From NCBI GenBank assembly GCA_039807745.1, contig JBDHRV010000003.1, positions 1 to 62,390 on the forward strand: DNA of 62,390 nt, in the 5' to 3' direction. Source of the stretch: Burkholderiales bacterium. GTDB taxonomy: Bacteria; Pseudomonadota; Gammaproteobacteria; Burkholderiales; JAEUMW01. Below are positions 7,736 to 20,000 of this stretch, in pieces (the stretch's first letter is position 1; every line of letters starts with the position of its first letter). The notes beneath the pieces were generated by a model. The model saw only the letters and a program-made list of their open reading frames with translations, ran no database searches and was not told the origin of the DNA. The position numbers were made by a program, and so were the translations under genes.

Positions 7736-8140
7736 TCACGCTGCCGGATACTTCTTCGCGGACAACTGGAAGTGCGGCATGTCCCACTTCCACAGGTCGT
7801 AGCCCCATTCGATCGGCACGCGCACGCGCGCGGCCGCCTGTTTCATCGCCTTGGCGATGCGGCGGAACGCGGCCAGTGCTTCGGGCGAGTCGAGGTCGCC
7901 GTAGCCACCGGGCCGGTACGGCAGGAGGTCTACGGCGTGTCCGGTGAGGTGGCGCGAGTTCATCGTGCGCGACAGCCCTTTCTGGTAGTACTCGCGCTGC
8001 TTCGCGGTCGTGCGCAGGCCCTCGACGACGCTGAAATCCTGCGGCGTGATCAGGATGGCGTACTTGACGACCGCGACCAGCGCCGGGTGCACGCCCTCGA
8101 GGCGACTGAGCGAGCGGGCCGAGAGGTAGTAGGCGCTCAT
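7736..8140 (-). CDS. Endolysin, peptidase M15 (L-Ala-D-Glu / VanY-like) family
   Basis: SRHLTGHAVDL ... WGYDLWKWDMPHFQL is a typical M15 zinc-peptidase signature. Confidence 0.8.
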   Translation of the reverse strand: MSAYYLSARSLSRLEGVHPALVAVVKYAILITPQDFSVVEGLRTTAKQREYYQKGLSRTMNSRHLTGHAVDLLPYRPGGYGDLDSPEALAAFRRIAKAMKQAAARVRVPIEWGYDLWKWDMPHFQLSAKKYPAA

Positions 8141-8403
8141 CGGTTGTTGCCGAACGTGAGGCGGTCAACGATCGTGTCGAGCCGCTCGAAGATGCGCGAG
8201 TTCTGCGCCTTCATGTCGTCCTTGATGTCGCGCAGTTCCGACTTGATCTCCGCGCGGTCGAGCGAGGCTTGCGCGACGGTCTGGCGGTCGCGCTCAAGTG
8301 CGTCGACCCGCCGCACAAGCTGGCGACCGTTCCACATCAGCACACCCGCGAGACCAAGGATGAGCAGTTCAATGACATGCCACGGCTCCACACCCGCTGC
8401 CAC
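8137..8403 (-). CDS. Membrane-anchored coiled-coil protein (lysis-associated?)
   Basis: GTG 8403 lies just after the upstream stop. TM segment HVIELLILGLAGVLMW followed by a charged helical region. Confidence 0.45.
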   Translation of the reverse strand: MAAGVEPWHVIELLILGLAGVLMWNGRQLVRRVDALERDRQTVAQASLDRAEIKSELRDIKDDMKAQNSRIFERLDTIVDRLTFGNNR

Positions 8404-8410
8404 CGACCCG

Positions 8411-8806
8411 CTACGGCGTCCTGCCGAGGGGGATCTTCGCGACGACCTCGATCTGGTCGACGGTGTTGCGGTCGCGCAGGTCGGGGCAGGATGACTGATG
8501 GGCCACGCCGAGAAGCAACGCACCGGGCGGTATTGCTCCGAAGTGGATCGGCTGACGAGCCCTCACGACGCAGGCTGGATTACCGCCAACGGTGTGCTGA
8601 AAGTCGTAAGCGAAGCCGACCTCGAGGTATGGCTGTCTCTCCGGGCTGACCGTGCAGCCCGATACGACAAGCAAGCCGGCGGCGACACCAATGAGCGCAA
8701 GGACGATCAGGAAGGCGCCCTTTGTGTCGCGATCCCACAGCCGAAAGAACGTGAATATAATGGCGAACGCGAGAACCACCGCAGCGGTCCACTGAAGGTT
8801 ATTCAT
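8411..8806 (-). CDS. Membrane protein / possible lipoprotein (131 aa)
   Basis: MNNLQWTAAVVLAFAIIFTFF, then a second hydrophobic stretch ending in VSGC (lipobox-like). Confidence 0.5.
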   Translation of the reverse strand: MNNLQWTAAVVLAFAIIFTFFRLWDRDTKGAFLIVLALIGVAAGLLVVSGCTVSPERQPYLEVGFAYDFQHTVGGNPACVVRARQPIHFGAIPPGALLLGVAHQSSCPDLRDRNTVDQIEVVAKIPLGRTP

Positions 8807-9287
8807 GAAGCGCGACTCCACTACCGGACGCATCCTGAGCACCCACGGACAGAGCGGCTCGCCTACCTACAGGAGCTGGAGAGCCATGCTCGTGAGGTGT
8901 GGAAACCGAAACCACCCGACGTGGCAACGGTACGGCGCCAAAGGAACCCGGGTTTGCGAGCGGTGGCTCGTATTCGAGAATTTCCTGGCGGATATGGGGC
9001 TCAGGCCGAGTGGAACAACGATTGACAGAATCGACTCCACGGGGGATTACGAGCCCAGCAACTGCCGCTGGGCAACGCAACGGCTGCAGCAGCGGAACAA
9101 GTCGTCGAACCACTTGATTACCCACAACGGGGAGACGCGCTGCATCATGGACTGGGCCGTTGCACTTGGCCTTCCTCACAAGACGCTCTACGAGCGCGTC
9201 AGACGTGGCGAGCGCCCCCCTCATGCGTTTCGCCCGCTCACGCATGCGAGCGGCGCAGCCGCGCGAGCGCATCCGCCAACACCCTGA
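8805..9287 (+). CDS. HNH-family homing-endonuclease-like protein
   Basis: TYRSWRAMLVRC...CERW..FENFLADMG...TIDRIDSTGDYEPSNCRWATQRLQQRN pattern. It is the only plus-strand gene inside the minus-strand late arm. Confidence 0.6.
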   Translation: MKRDSTTGRILSTHGQSGSPTYRSWRAMLVRCGNRNHPTWQRYGAKGTRVCERWLVFENFLADMGLRPSGTTIDRIDSTGDYEPSNCRWATQRLQQRNKSSNHLITHNGETRCIMDWAVALGLPHKTLYERVRRGERPPHAFRPLTHASGAAARAHPPTP

Positions 9288-9318
9288 CTTCTGACCAGCG
9301 TCCAGGTGCCCGGACCCA

Positions 9319-9480
9319 TCACACCTTGTCCGGGTTGCGCGGGTCGCCGCGACCGCCGCCGCCCGTACCGGACGACCCATCGTCGTCGTTGTCGGCGTGG
9401 CGGGCCTTCAGGTAGCGGACGAGGCGCCAGCCGCCGTAGCCACAGACCGCGAGGATGAGGATGGTGATGGCAGCTTCCAT
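9319..9480 (-). CDS. Small membrane protein (53 aa), not in the ORF table
   Basis: I translated this by hand as MEAAITILILAVCGYGGWRLVRYLKARHADNDDDGSSGTGGGGRGDPRNPDKV. GGAGG lies 5 nt upstream. Confidence 0.55.
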   Translation of the reverse strand: MEAAITILILAVCGYGGWRLVRYLKARHADNDDDGSSGTGGGGRGDPRNPDKV

Positions 9481-9550
9481 GGAAACCTCCGGTACGAGGG
9501 TGAGCCGTTTACGTCTCAGTCAACATAGCAGCGGGCATCTTGAGCGCAAG

Positions 9551-11032
9551 TCAGATCACGGCCGGCAGCCCCTCGGATCGGCCAGTCCCCGGCATGTTCC
9601 GGGGCGCCACCGACTGTGCGAACGTGAGGGCGAGGGAGTCGGCGCTGTCGGGGGATGGCAGGCCGATTTTCCGCATATCCTCCTTCGACATCAGCTTGAG
9701 GCGGTTGCCGGCATCGCGCGAGACGGGCTGCGCGACGAGCTCCTGCCTCAGGTCGTCATCCGGCGGGATCTTCGACTCGGTCAACCATTGAGCCATCGTC
9801 CCCCACCACTCGGCCCGGGGGTTGTAGTAATTCAACCGCTCGACCACCACGGAGCGATCGCCGCTGTAGGCGGGCACGACGTTGGTGTAGCGCAGCTGGA
9901 TCAGCCGGTCGTAGACGCCTTTGCCGGCCCCGTGCGCGTCGATGAAGGCCACGTCCGGTCGCTCCTTCGCGAGGATCATGGCGATCTTGTCGGCGAGCAC
10001 CATGTTGTTCGCCTCGGAGAACTTGTAGATGTCCTCCTTGCGCACCAGCGGGCCGCGGCGGAAGGTCAGGACGGTGCGGGAATCGCCGCCGTGAGCGACG
10101 TCGATGCCGCACACGCGCGGCACCGTCATCGGAATGAACTCCTCCTGGATGTCACGGTCGATCGACTCCTGCACGAGCGAGGCGGAAATCAGGCCGGTGG
10201 CCGAGGTCTTGGGCGGCAGGCCGCGCACGCGGACACGCACGAAGTCTGAGTCCTCGCCGTAGTCGTCGACCCACTCATTGAGCTTGGCGTGGTCGGCGGC
10301 CTTCGTCGTGCGCGAGTCGATCGTGTAGGTGAGCCAGCGGTGGCGGAACCGCGTGAAGCAATCCGCGAAGCGGCCGGTCTCAACCGTCGGGTTGCCGAAG
10401 GCGATCCACAGTCCGCCCGGCGTCGTGAAGGCGCCCTCGGAGGCCTGCCAGATGTCGTCGTGGATGGCGCTCGCCTCGTCGTAGACGAACAGCACGTCCT
10501 GCTCGTGCGTGCCTTGGAACGCCGCCGGGTTGTCGCGCGACCACGGGATCGCGTTCGCCGCCCAGAGGTGCCCCTCGCCTTTCAGCCTGAAACTCGTGGC
10601 ACTCCACTCGAACCAGTGACCGTTGAGCGCATGCGTGTAGTTCTTGTTCAGTTCGCGCCAGAGCTTCGTCTCGAGCTGCGTCTTGGTGCCCGCCGTCACC
10701 ACGATCTGCGGATTCGAGCGCGTCGAGAGGAACCACTGGATGATCAGCTGGATCAGCCATGACTTGCCGATGCCGTGACCGGAGCGCACCGCGACCTGGG
10801 TCGTGCGGTCCGGCGTCTGCCCCGTCGCGACCGCCAGCATGTGCGCACCGATGTCGCGCAGCACCGTGGCCTGCCAGAGGTCGGGGCCATCCGGCCAGTT
10901 CGCGTAAGGCGTGCCGGACCTGCCCCACGGGTACATCGTCAGTGCATACCGCCACGGGTCGTACATGCACTCGCTGATCGCTTCGATCAGTTTGATGTCG
11001 TCGTCGGTGGCCTGCAGCGCCTCGGCGGCCAT
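9551..11032 (-). CDS. terL: Terminase large subunit
   Basis: Walker A-like VRSGHGIGKS, Walker B-like VLFVYDEAS, and nuclease-type CGIDVAHGGDSRTV and SPDSADSLALTF. Confidence 0.85.
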   Translation of the reverse strand: MAAEALQATDDDIKLIEAISECMYDPWRYALTMYPWGRSGTPYANWPDGPDLWQATVLRDIGAHMLAVATGQTPDRTTQVAVRSGHGIGKSWLIQLIIQWFLSTRSNPQIVVTAGTKTQLETKLWRELNKNYTHALNGHWFEWSATSFRLKGEGHLWAANAIPWSRDNPAAFQGTHEQDVLFVYDEASAIHDDIWQASEGAFTTPGGLWIAFGNPTVETGRFADCFTRFRHRWLTYTIDSRTTKAADHAKLNEWVDDYGEDSDFVRVRVRGLPPKTSATGLISASLVQESIDRDIQEEFIPMTVPRVCGIDVAHGGDSRTVLTFRRGPLVRKEDIYKFSEANNMVLADKIAMILAKERPDVAFIDAHGAGKGVYDRLIQLRYTNVVPAYSGDRSVVVERLNYYNPRAEWWGTMAQWLTESKIPPDDDLRQELVAQPVSRDAGNRLKLMSKEDMRKIGLPSPDSADSLALTFAQSVAPRNMPGTGRSEGLPAVI

Positions 11033-14000
11033 CAGAACAGCCCCGCGTAGGGCTCGACCTGCCGAGCGATGTCGTTGCGCGCAGCGTTCAGGCGCTCGAT
11101 CTCGGCGCGCTTCTGGTCGCCGGTCAGCGTGCGCGAGCCCTGTACACGGCGCAGCTGCGCATTCAGTTCACGCATGCGCTTGGCGAGGTGATTGAGCTTC
11201 GGGCGCAGCAGCAGGGCTTGACGGTTCTCCTTCGCGACCTCGCGCGCCTGCTCGAACAGCCGCTCGCCCTGAAGCTTCGAGACCGTGCGCGCCGCCTCGT
11301 CTGCCGCGTCCATCATGCGGTAGAGCTCGTCGTGCCAGCGGGTCACGCGCGGCTCGCCGGTGCGCGCGAAGCGGCGCAGCATCACGTCGACCGGCGACTG
11401 CGACGGCGCGTCGTAGTAGCCGCCGGCCGCGCGCACGCTGCGGTCGGCCACTTCCAGGGCCATCATGCCCATACCGCCGAGATAGCCGCGGATCAGGTGC
11501 TCGAGCTGCAGCGGCGAGCGCATGAACGCCGGCGCCGCGTCCGGCATGGCCTGCGCGATGCTGATCAGCGTCGGGGAAGTCCACGGCCGGTACTGCGCCT
11601 CGGGCAGCAGGTTGCGCTCGGCGATCGACAGGATCGGCCGGTTCGTGAAGAAGCTGCGCCCCGCCCAGGCCTCGAGCACCGGCTTGAACGCCTGCGGCAC
11701 CGGATTGAAGGCAAAGGTATCCGTGACCATGCGCACGAGGGACTGCGCGACGTCGCGGAAGCGGTCTTGCCCGCGCATCAGGCGGATCATGCGCTCCGGC
11801 ACCGTGCCGAACAGGGCGCCGACCTCGAAAGGCTTCGGGATGCGCAGGTGCAATTTTCCGAGGAACAGGTGCCAGTTCGCGTCGCGGTCCCATTGCGGGA
11901 GTTCGCGGTAGCGCTCATCGTCATCACCGAGACCCATCAGGGCGATCGTGACCGCGGTCAGCATCAGACCCTTGAACATGAAGCCCATGCGGTTGGCGGT
12001 GAACCCACGCGCGAGGCGGTCGAGGCCCTGAATGCGCGCGTTCAGGAACGGCACCATCATCACGAGCAGCTGCATCGCCGGATGCGCGCCGCGCTGCTGG
12101 AAGTTCAGCACGTCATGGGCCTGATAGGCCGCCTCGGCGTGCGTGCCGCCGCGCTCGCGCACGAGGCGGTAGGTTGCGATGCGGTTGGCGTTCTCCGAGG
12201 CCTGCTGGACCTTCGTATAGACCTTCCAGAGCCGGCGCGGAGAGACCATCGTGCCGGCCATCTCCTCGAGGCGGGTACGGGCGGCGCTGTCGCTCATTTC
12301 GCGCATCAGGGTGCGCTTGAGGTTGCCGCGCTCGTTGTCGTAGACCTGGTCGCCACCAGCGCCGGACATCATCATTTCGGCGACGACCGGATTGTCGGCG
12401 ATGTACGCGACCGCCCCCTTGAGGCTCTCGGTGATGAAGGTCAGTTTCAGCATGTCGCCGACGGACTTGTTCTGGTTCTGCACGACGTTGGAGGCGGTGT
12501 CGCGCAGGTAGTTCGCCATGATGAAGCCGGGCATCGCGGTCACGGCGCGCGTCAGCAGCCGCTTGCTGCCCGAGAGCAGGCCGAAGGTGAACAGGTCGAT
12601 CTGGCGCAGCCACTCGTTCGGGGACATTTCGACGATCGACTGCAGCAGCAGCGGGTCGTGCACCTCGAAGTACTGCGGCTTGCCATCGAACATCACCGAG
12701 ACGATGTTCTTGCCGACGGGGGCGACGCGGCGGAACAGGGTCAGGTAATCGGACGAGGGCTCCTGGCCGACGAGGTTCACGCCCGCGGCCCGCAGGGCCC
12801 GCATCGCCTGATCGGCGCTGATCGTGGTCGGCTGCACCACCTTCGGCAGCCGGGTCGTGGCGACGCCATCGAAGGCGGTCACGATCGCCTGCGCCGCACG
12901 GTTCTTGAACGACGCATCCACCAGATGCGCCGTGTTCATCAGCATCGACTCGAACACGTCCTCGAGCGGGCTCGTGCCGCCGAACAGCGTGCGGATGCGT
13001 GCCCGCTGATTTGCGATCGACTTCTTCAACGAGACGGCGTTCACGCGGCCAGAGACCGACTCCATAGCCCGGTAGAACGGCACATAGTCGTGACGCTCCC
13101 AGATCGCCCTGGCCTCGGGGTCGATCAGGCCCGCCTCCTGCGCCATATCGAGCGTCTGCGTGTTGAAGGTCTGCCAGTCGTCGAACACGTCCTTGAAGAT
13201 CGGGTACTTCTGCTCGAGCTCGAGCGAGCGGTCGATCATTTCCTGGGTGAACAGGCGCTCGCGGCCCTCCTCGATCAGGCGCGAGGCGCGCCGCGCCGCG
13301 GCGTACAGTTCCCACTGAGGCAGCAGGTTGCCGTCGGGGTGATTCACCAGGGGCGCGAAGATTTCGAGGATGCCCTTGCGTCCGTCATTGGCGACGGTAT
13401 AGGCACCGTTCACCCATGCCGGGATGCCCTTGTGCAGGATCGCGGACATCACGGAGCCGAGGTTCTGCGTCGCGACCGTCTGCTTGTAGGGTGAGAGCGC
13501 GGCATCCAGCAGCTTCCCGGCGTTCATCAGCCGCTCGTAGGCGGCAATCGACTGGAACTTGTTGACGATCGCCTGGCGCATGGCGAGACCGGAAATGTCC
13601 GTGACGCGCGTGATGAACAGGCGCATCCGGTCCTTCAGCGGCAGGCCCTCGTGCGCGGCGTTCGCCATGACGTGACGGCGGATGCGCGTGATTTCCGGGT
13701 CCTCGGGCGCGCGGCGCGAGTACAGACGCTCGCGATCCGGCCCCGGCGTCTCAAAGAGCGCCGCAGCGATCGCGTCGTCGAGTGCCTCGATGTCCGTCTC
13801 ACCGAGCGTTTCCTTGTCGAGCACTGCCGGGCGCGTGTAGTAGGCATCCAGCGGCGCACCGGAGCCGATCAGCGGGGAGTCGGCGAGATCCATCGCGTTC
13901 AACTGGCGCAGCGCGGCCTCCTCGGTCGCGGCCGCGTCGATCTTGGCGGCACGAACCCGGTCTGCTCCGGAGATGCGCGCAGCCTCCTGCAGGGCGCGCG

Positions 14001-17000
14001 CGGCACGCGCGATCAGCGCACGCACCTCGGCATCGCTGTATTCGATGTCGACGCCCCACGAGCGCAGCAGGTCGCGAGCCCAGGCGAGCAGCCGGTCGAG
14101 CATCGAGTTCTTCACGCCGCGCTCGGCCATGAGCGCGATCACTTCCTTCGCGTGGCGCACCGGGTCGAGACCGGGCTGCGTCAGCGCCACCTCCTGCCAC
14201 AGCGCGCCGATCGACTTCGAGCCCATCCTGCGCATGTTCCTGACCATGCGCACGGCGCGGTCGATGTCGCCGTACTGCTCAAGCGCGAGATGGCCGAACA
14301 TTTCATGGGTGTACTTGCGCAGCGCCTCCTCGCGGGTCGGCAGCGCCGAGGCGACGAGGTAGATGCGGGACTCGCCATCGAAGTAGACGCCCTCGACATC
14401 ATCGGGGATGCTCGGGTCGCCAGTGGCCTCGCGCAGCGCGGCGACGTCGGCCACAACATGCGTGTTCGCCGCGCCGCGGGTCTTTTCAATGGCCGCGGAA
14501 AGCCATTCCTTGACCTGAGTCACGCTCGCGCCGGCGGCCGGTGTCGCACCGGCACGCGAGTAGAAGGCGTCGTTGGTGATGCGCTCGGAACGATCGGATG
14601 CCATGCGAAGAGAGCCGTTGGCACCGCGCTGCGCGATGTCGAGATCGCGGATATTGCCGGCCGCCAGCGCGGTCATCGCGTTACGAGCCGCGTTCACGGA
14701 CTCCTCGCCTTCCGGAACGACAGCAATCGCTGCCGAGGCATTGGCCTTGCTGGCCTCGGCGAACAGCCGGGCATGACTGGTGCGCGGATCGTCGGTGCGC
14801 AGTCTGCCCATTTCTGCCACGGAAGTCGGCAGCACGCCGACGACGTGATGCCGCCCGTTGAGGAACAGCAATCCGCTCTCCATGCGCGACGCGAACCGCT
14901 CGATCGCCTCCTTGACGTAGGCACTCGATCGCACGATGAACTTGTCGGGCTGGATGCGCGTGAAGCGTCGTTCCAGCATCGGCACGGATTCCTTGCGCAC
15001 CGCGGGCTGAATCCTCTGGTCGAGGTCGCCGTAGGTGCCCGGCGTGTACAACGATGCCTTGCGCGAACCAGGGGCGACCACGATCATCCCGCCGACCTCG
15101 ATGCCGCTGCCGCGCATCAGCGCGTTCAGGTGATCGGTGATCAGATGGTCCGCCTCGCTCTGCTCGATCACGCCCGACGGATGGTTGTGCGCGAAGTAGA
15201 CCTTCGCGACGTTCGGCACGCTGGCGATATGACCGAACACGGTGCCGGGGTCGACGTTGGAGGAATCGCGCAGGCCGACGGTGTGACGCAGCACGGCCAG
15301 CGGGCGGCGCCGCTTGTCGATCGCCAGCATCAGGAACTGTTCCTGCGGGATCTTCCGCAGCGGCGCGATGATGTGCGCAGCAGCAGTCCACTCGTCGATA
15401 GTCGTGATGCCGGTCTTGAATCGGCCGGTCTCGACGAGCGCTACGCGATCGAACGTCCTGGCGGCTTGCTGGCCTTGGAGCGGGAGCGCATCGTTGGCGA
15501 AGATGTCGATCTGTACGGGGCCGGCGGGCTGTACGTTCCCTCGCCCGGCTTTGGCGGGCCGGGAAGCAGCCACCTTTCTTCGGCGGGCTCGTACCTTCGG
15601 GTCTTTTGCGGCTTCGCCTTCATAGACGGCCGCATTCTCCCGCACCTGGGTACTGTCTGTCGAATCAGGCGGCACGACGTTGCCGATGGCGCGCCGCCCG
15701 CCCGCGGCGATCGCTTCCTTGTGGTGCGACTCCGCCTGCAGGGGGCCGAACTTCTCGGCGAGGATCGGCAGCACCCTGCGCGCCTGCTCGGCCGTGATGC
15801 CGGCGCGCATGGAGTTGGCGACGCTGACGAAATCCCCCGTGATGGCGCGCACCTGCGGATCGAGGTAGACATCGCCGCCGCCGCTCTTGGAGCGCGGCGT
15901 CGACAGCAGGAACCCGTCACCATCGGCGAGCAGCCGGACCGAGCCGTCCGCGGTCTCGACGCGCGCCTGCGGGTGGCTCTTGAGCAGCTTCATCGCAGCC
16001 GCGGGCGGCAGTTCGATGGGCTGCGCCGCCTCGAACTCCTTGATGTCGAAGTTGCGCGGCAGCAGCACACCCTGGCGCGTGGCGCCAGTGTCGTCCGTGT
16101 AGTGCACGATCTGGCCGCGCGGCAGCTTGCTGAACCCGGCCAGCAGGTTGCCGGTGACGATGTGCCGGTTCTCTCGGCTCGTGCTCTGCCCGGCGTCGAA
16201 CATCTTGAGGATCGAGCCGAGCAGCGGGTGCTCGGCGCGCGCCTCGACGTAGGTCACGCGAGCCTCGGGCCGAGCCGCGTCCTCGCGGCTCGTCGTGAGC
16301 TTGGAAAACGGTAGCGCAATCTGACGCGCGCCGTCGGCCACCGCAAAGCGCGCGACCCACGAGCCGTTCGCCACCGGCATCTTCACGCCCTTCTTGCGCG
16401 TGATGTCGAGCAGGACGCCGTAGAAGACCGCGCCGTTCTTCAGTTGCAGTTCGTAGGTCTCACCGGGGGTCAGCGTGTCGGCGAGCCCCTTCCACCGATC
16501 GAACTGGCCATCGAGCACGCCGAGGCGCGCGCGTGCCACGACATCCTTGGCGCCGGCGTCGAACATCGCCTTCTCAAGGCCGGCACGGTACTGCTGGAAG
16601 CTGTCGCGCGTATCGCTCGCGGTGCGGCGCCACTTCTCGGCGGCGGCATCCTTGATGTCGTCCCATGCAGCATCCTTGCCGAGACCCGCCTCGCCGGCCG
16701 CCAGTTCACGCACCTGCTCGCTGGTGTAGGGCTTGCCGAGGCGCTTCGCGTCGACCGTCTCGAGGTAGGCCGCGTCGGCAAAGGGACTGTTGGAGTCGCC
16801 CTCGCGCTCAAAGAGCGTGCGCCGCTCGGTCGTCTTGGCGTCGAGCTCGAGCGTTTTCGCCTCAAGCGCGTTCTCGCCCATCGCGTCGGCGCGCGCGATG
16901 GCCTCGCGGTAGCCGGACTCGATCATGTCGTACAGTTCTTCCTGCTCAGCCACCGGCAGCAGCGGGATACGGCCCGTGACCTTGCGCGCCGCGTCCTCGG

Positions 17001-20000
17001 TGACGAAGCCCTCGCTGTCGTTGTCCAGCGGCTCGCCGAGCCGGCGGTGCACGTCCGGCAGGTCCGCCATGAGCTGCGCCACGACCTCATCGCCGTACTG
17101 GTTCAGGAAGTCGACCGTATCCTTGGAGGTCACGGCCGAGGTGCGCGACGCCGTCGTGTTGGCGTTCAGGCTCGCCATCTTCTTCGCGAGCACCGCCGCG
17201 GGGCGCTTCTCGGCCGGCACGTCCGCCACAAGCTGATCGTAGGCCGGGGCCACGACCTGCCCGGTGCGGTGCACGCGGCCGAGCATCTGCATGTGCGTGT
17301 CGATGTTCTTCTCGGCCTGCGCGATGATCATGCGGCGACGGCGCTTGTCCTTGAACTTCTCGCTGGCGTGCAGGGAGAGACCCGTCGCGCCCGCCTGGTT
17401 CAGCACCACCACGTCGAGCTTGCCGCTGTTGAAGTCCGTGATCGTCTTGCGCCGCCCGAAGATGCTCGTGGCCTTGCTGCCGCGCGAGCGGTAGATCGGC
17501 CGCCCACCGGCGCTGCTGTAGTCGATCGTGTGCGTGCGCCCGGTGATTTCCCCGGAGGTGTAGCCGGCGGCCTGGATGCGTGCGTGTATCCAGTCGATCG
17601 GGCTCACTGGCATTGAGGCGATCTCGCCGGCCCCCCGCACGAGCGCCTCGGCCGCCCGGTAGGCGGAGAGCGCGAACGGGCCGAGTTCCTCGTCGCTCAT
17701 GCGGTGGCGGCTCGAGGTGCCGTCGGGGGACTTGATGCGCACATCGCGCGAGCGCTCGAGGTAGCGTGCCAGCAGGTCGCCGAAGGTCAGGTTGATCGCG
17801 TCCCCTGACTTCATGCCGGCCGCCTCGGCGTACTCCTCGATGAACGAGCCCATCGTGTTCGCGACGGTGATGACGGGCTTCTCGCCGCGCTTGAGGGCCT
17901 CGATCGCCAGTTCCGCGGCGCGCTCGGCCTTCAGGCCGAGGAGCATCTGGTCGATCGCGTTGTGCATGATCGAGGTGAAGTTCGTCGACTCCGCCCCGGC
18001 CGCGCCGGTCACGCCGTCGCCGCTGATCTGCTTCGCCTCACGCTTCGCCGCCTGCGCGAGCGCCTTGACGGCCTCCTTCTTGGCGTCGTCGAATTCCTTG
18101 ACCGAGAGCATGATCGCGGAGATCTGCTCCGCCGCCGGGCGATCGACCGTGGTCTCCGCAGTGTTGTACTCCACGCCCTCGAACGATCGCTCGCGCCGGA
18201 TGTACTGACCGGCGCGAGCGAGCATCGAGGCGACGACCTGCTGCAGCGGCACGCCGCCGGCCTGGATCGCATCGGGCAGCGCCTCGACATTGCCACCCAC
18301 CGCCATGCGCATATCGGTCTTGAAGTACAGGTCCATGACCGATGGTCGCTTCGCATAGGTCGCGCTGCTGTAGAACACGCCGCTCGCGAGACCGGCCAGC
18401 GCGCGCGCGAACGCGGCGCGGCCGGTTTTCTTCGATCCGGCGTCAGCTTCCATCTGCCGCTGGTTCTTGCGCGCCGAGTCGTTGCCGCCGGCATTGTGCG
18501 ACTCGTCGAAGATGACGATGGCGTTCGGGGCGATCGCGCGCAGGAACGCCATGCGCGAGGTCTCGGCGCCCTTGAGCGTCTGCATCTGGCTGTAGGTGGT
18601 GAACACGATGTTGTGCGCACCGAGGTCGCCGGTGGAGGCCATCTCCTCGAGCGCCTGGCTGTGCGCCTTGCCGGCCGGTGTCTTGAGCACCACCTTGCCG
18701 TCGTCGTCGAGCGGCACCTTCTCGCCGGCATTGGTCATCAGCGGGCGGATGTCCTGCATGCCGATGTCCGTGAGGTCGCGGTACATGTCGGCGTAGAGGT
18801 TCGGCTTCTCGGTGACGAAGATCGGCGTGCGCCCGTTCTTCAACGCATAGCGGATGACGCCGGCCACCACGCGCCCTTTGCCGACGCCGGTCTGGTCGCC
18901 GATGATGAACCCGGCGCCGCGCTGCATCTGGTCGAGCGCGAGCGCAAGTGCGTCGACCTGTTCGCCGGAGAAGTACTTGCCGATGCTCGACGGTTCATAG
19001 CCGAGCTCGCGCGCCACGTACTCATCGAGGGGGCCGACACGGTCGACGAGCGCCGAGAGCGAGTCGGCGATCGCCGAGCGCATGTTGGAGGGAACGAGCG
19101 TGCCGACGCTGTCAGCACTACTGGTTGGCTCGTAAGGGCTCTGGCCCTCGCTCGCTACGGGAGCCTTGCCATCAGGGCGGCCCACACCTCGAGCCGATCC
19201 GTCGGATCGGCCTGGTCCGCCACGATCTGCATTCGCGCTGCCAGCATTTCCACCGGCTTCGCTTCCCGGTCGGGCAGCGCCCCGTGCGCTTCCAGCCGCT
19301 CGCGAATCGCCGGATTGCTCCAGACCAGTTGGTTCCCCGCCGACCCCGGTGGCACGCTCGCCTCGTCCTGATACAGCCCCGCGTCCCACAGATTCCGGCG
19401 CAGCCGCTCGGCCGCCTCCGGCGGATTGCGAGAGGCGTCCACCAGCCCCTGTATCCGGTCCGCGAGCAGGCCCAGAAACAGATCGCGATCCAGCGCCTGA
19501 GTCGGGGCGCACAAGACCGCCGCGAGGAACACGCCCGGTTCCTTCTGCGTCGGCGCCCAGGCCACTTGCTTGTCCATCGCCCGACTCCAGGAGCGGCGCC
19601 ATCGCCGCCCAATCACTATACACCCTAGGGACATCGGCGGCCGGGAGGTCCCTCGAGGACTTCCCGCGGCCATGAATCACGATGACGTCAACGGGCCAGC
19701 CAGCCCCCTGCCGCTCGTAGAGCTCGCCGGCGACCGTGAAGTGGTCCACGACGTTGTAGAGGCGATACAGGTGATAGAAGAACTTGCGCTTGGCCGCCCC
19801 GTTGTAGGCGTCCGAGCGCGCCTCCTCGGTGCGCGCCAGCTTGTTGATGCCACCGATGATGAGCACGGCGCGCCCGTCGTCCTTGAGGTAGGACAGCGCG
19901 TGCAGCGAAATCGCGTGGTCGATCTCGTTCGTCTGCATCGACGGGAAGTCGCCGCCGACATCGACCGTGAAGCCGCGCGTCGCCCCGGAGTCGGTGCGCA

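Noticed and set aside
8411-8806. Lipid A deacylase (PagL-like) function, suggested by the GVAHQSSC (H-x-S) motif
   Set aside because: The post-lipobox domain is only ~85 aa, too short for the 8-stranded barrel. The similarity rests on a tripeptide only.
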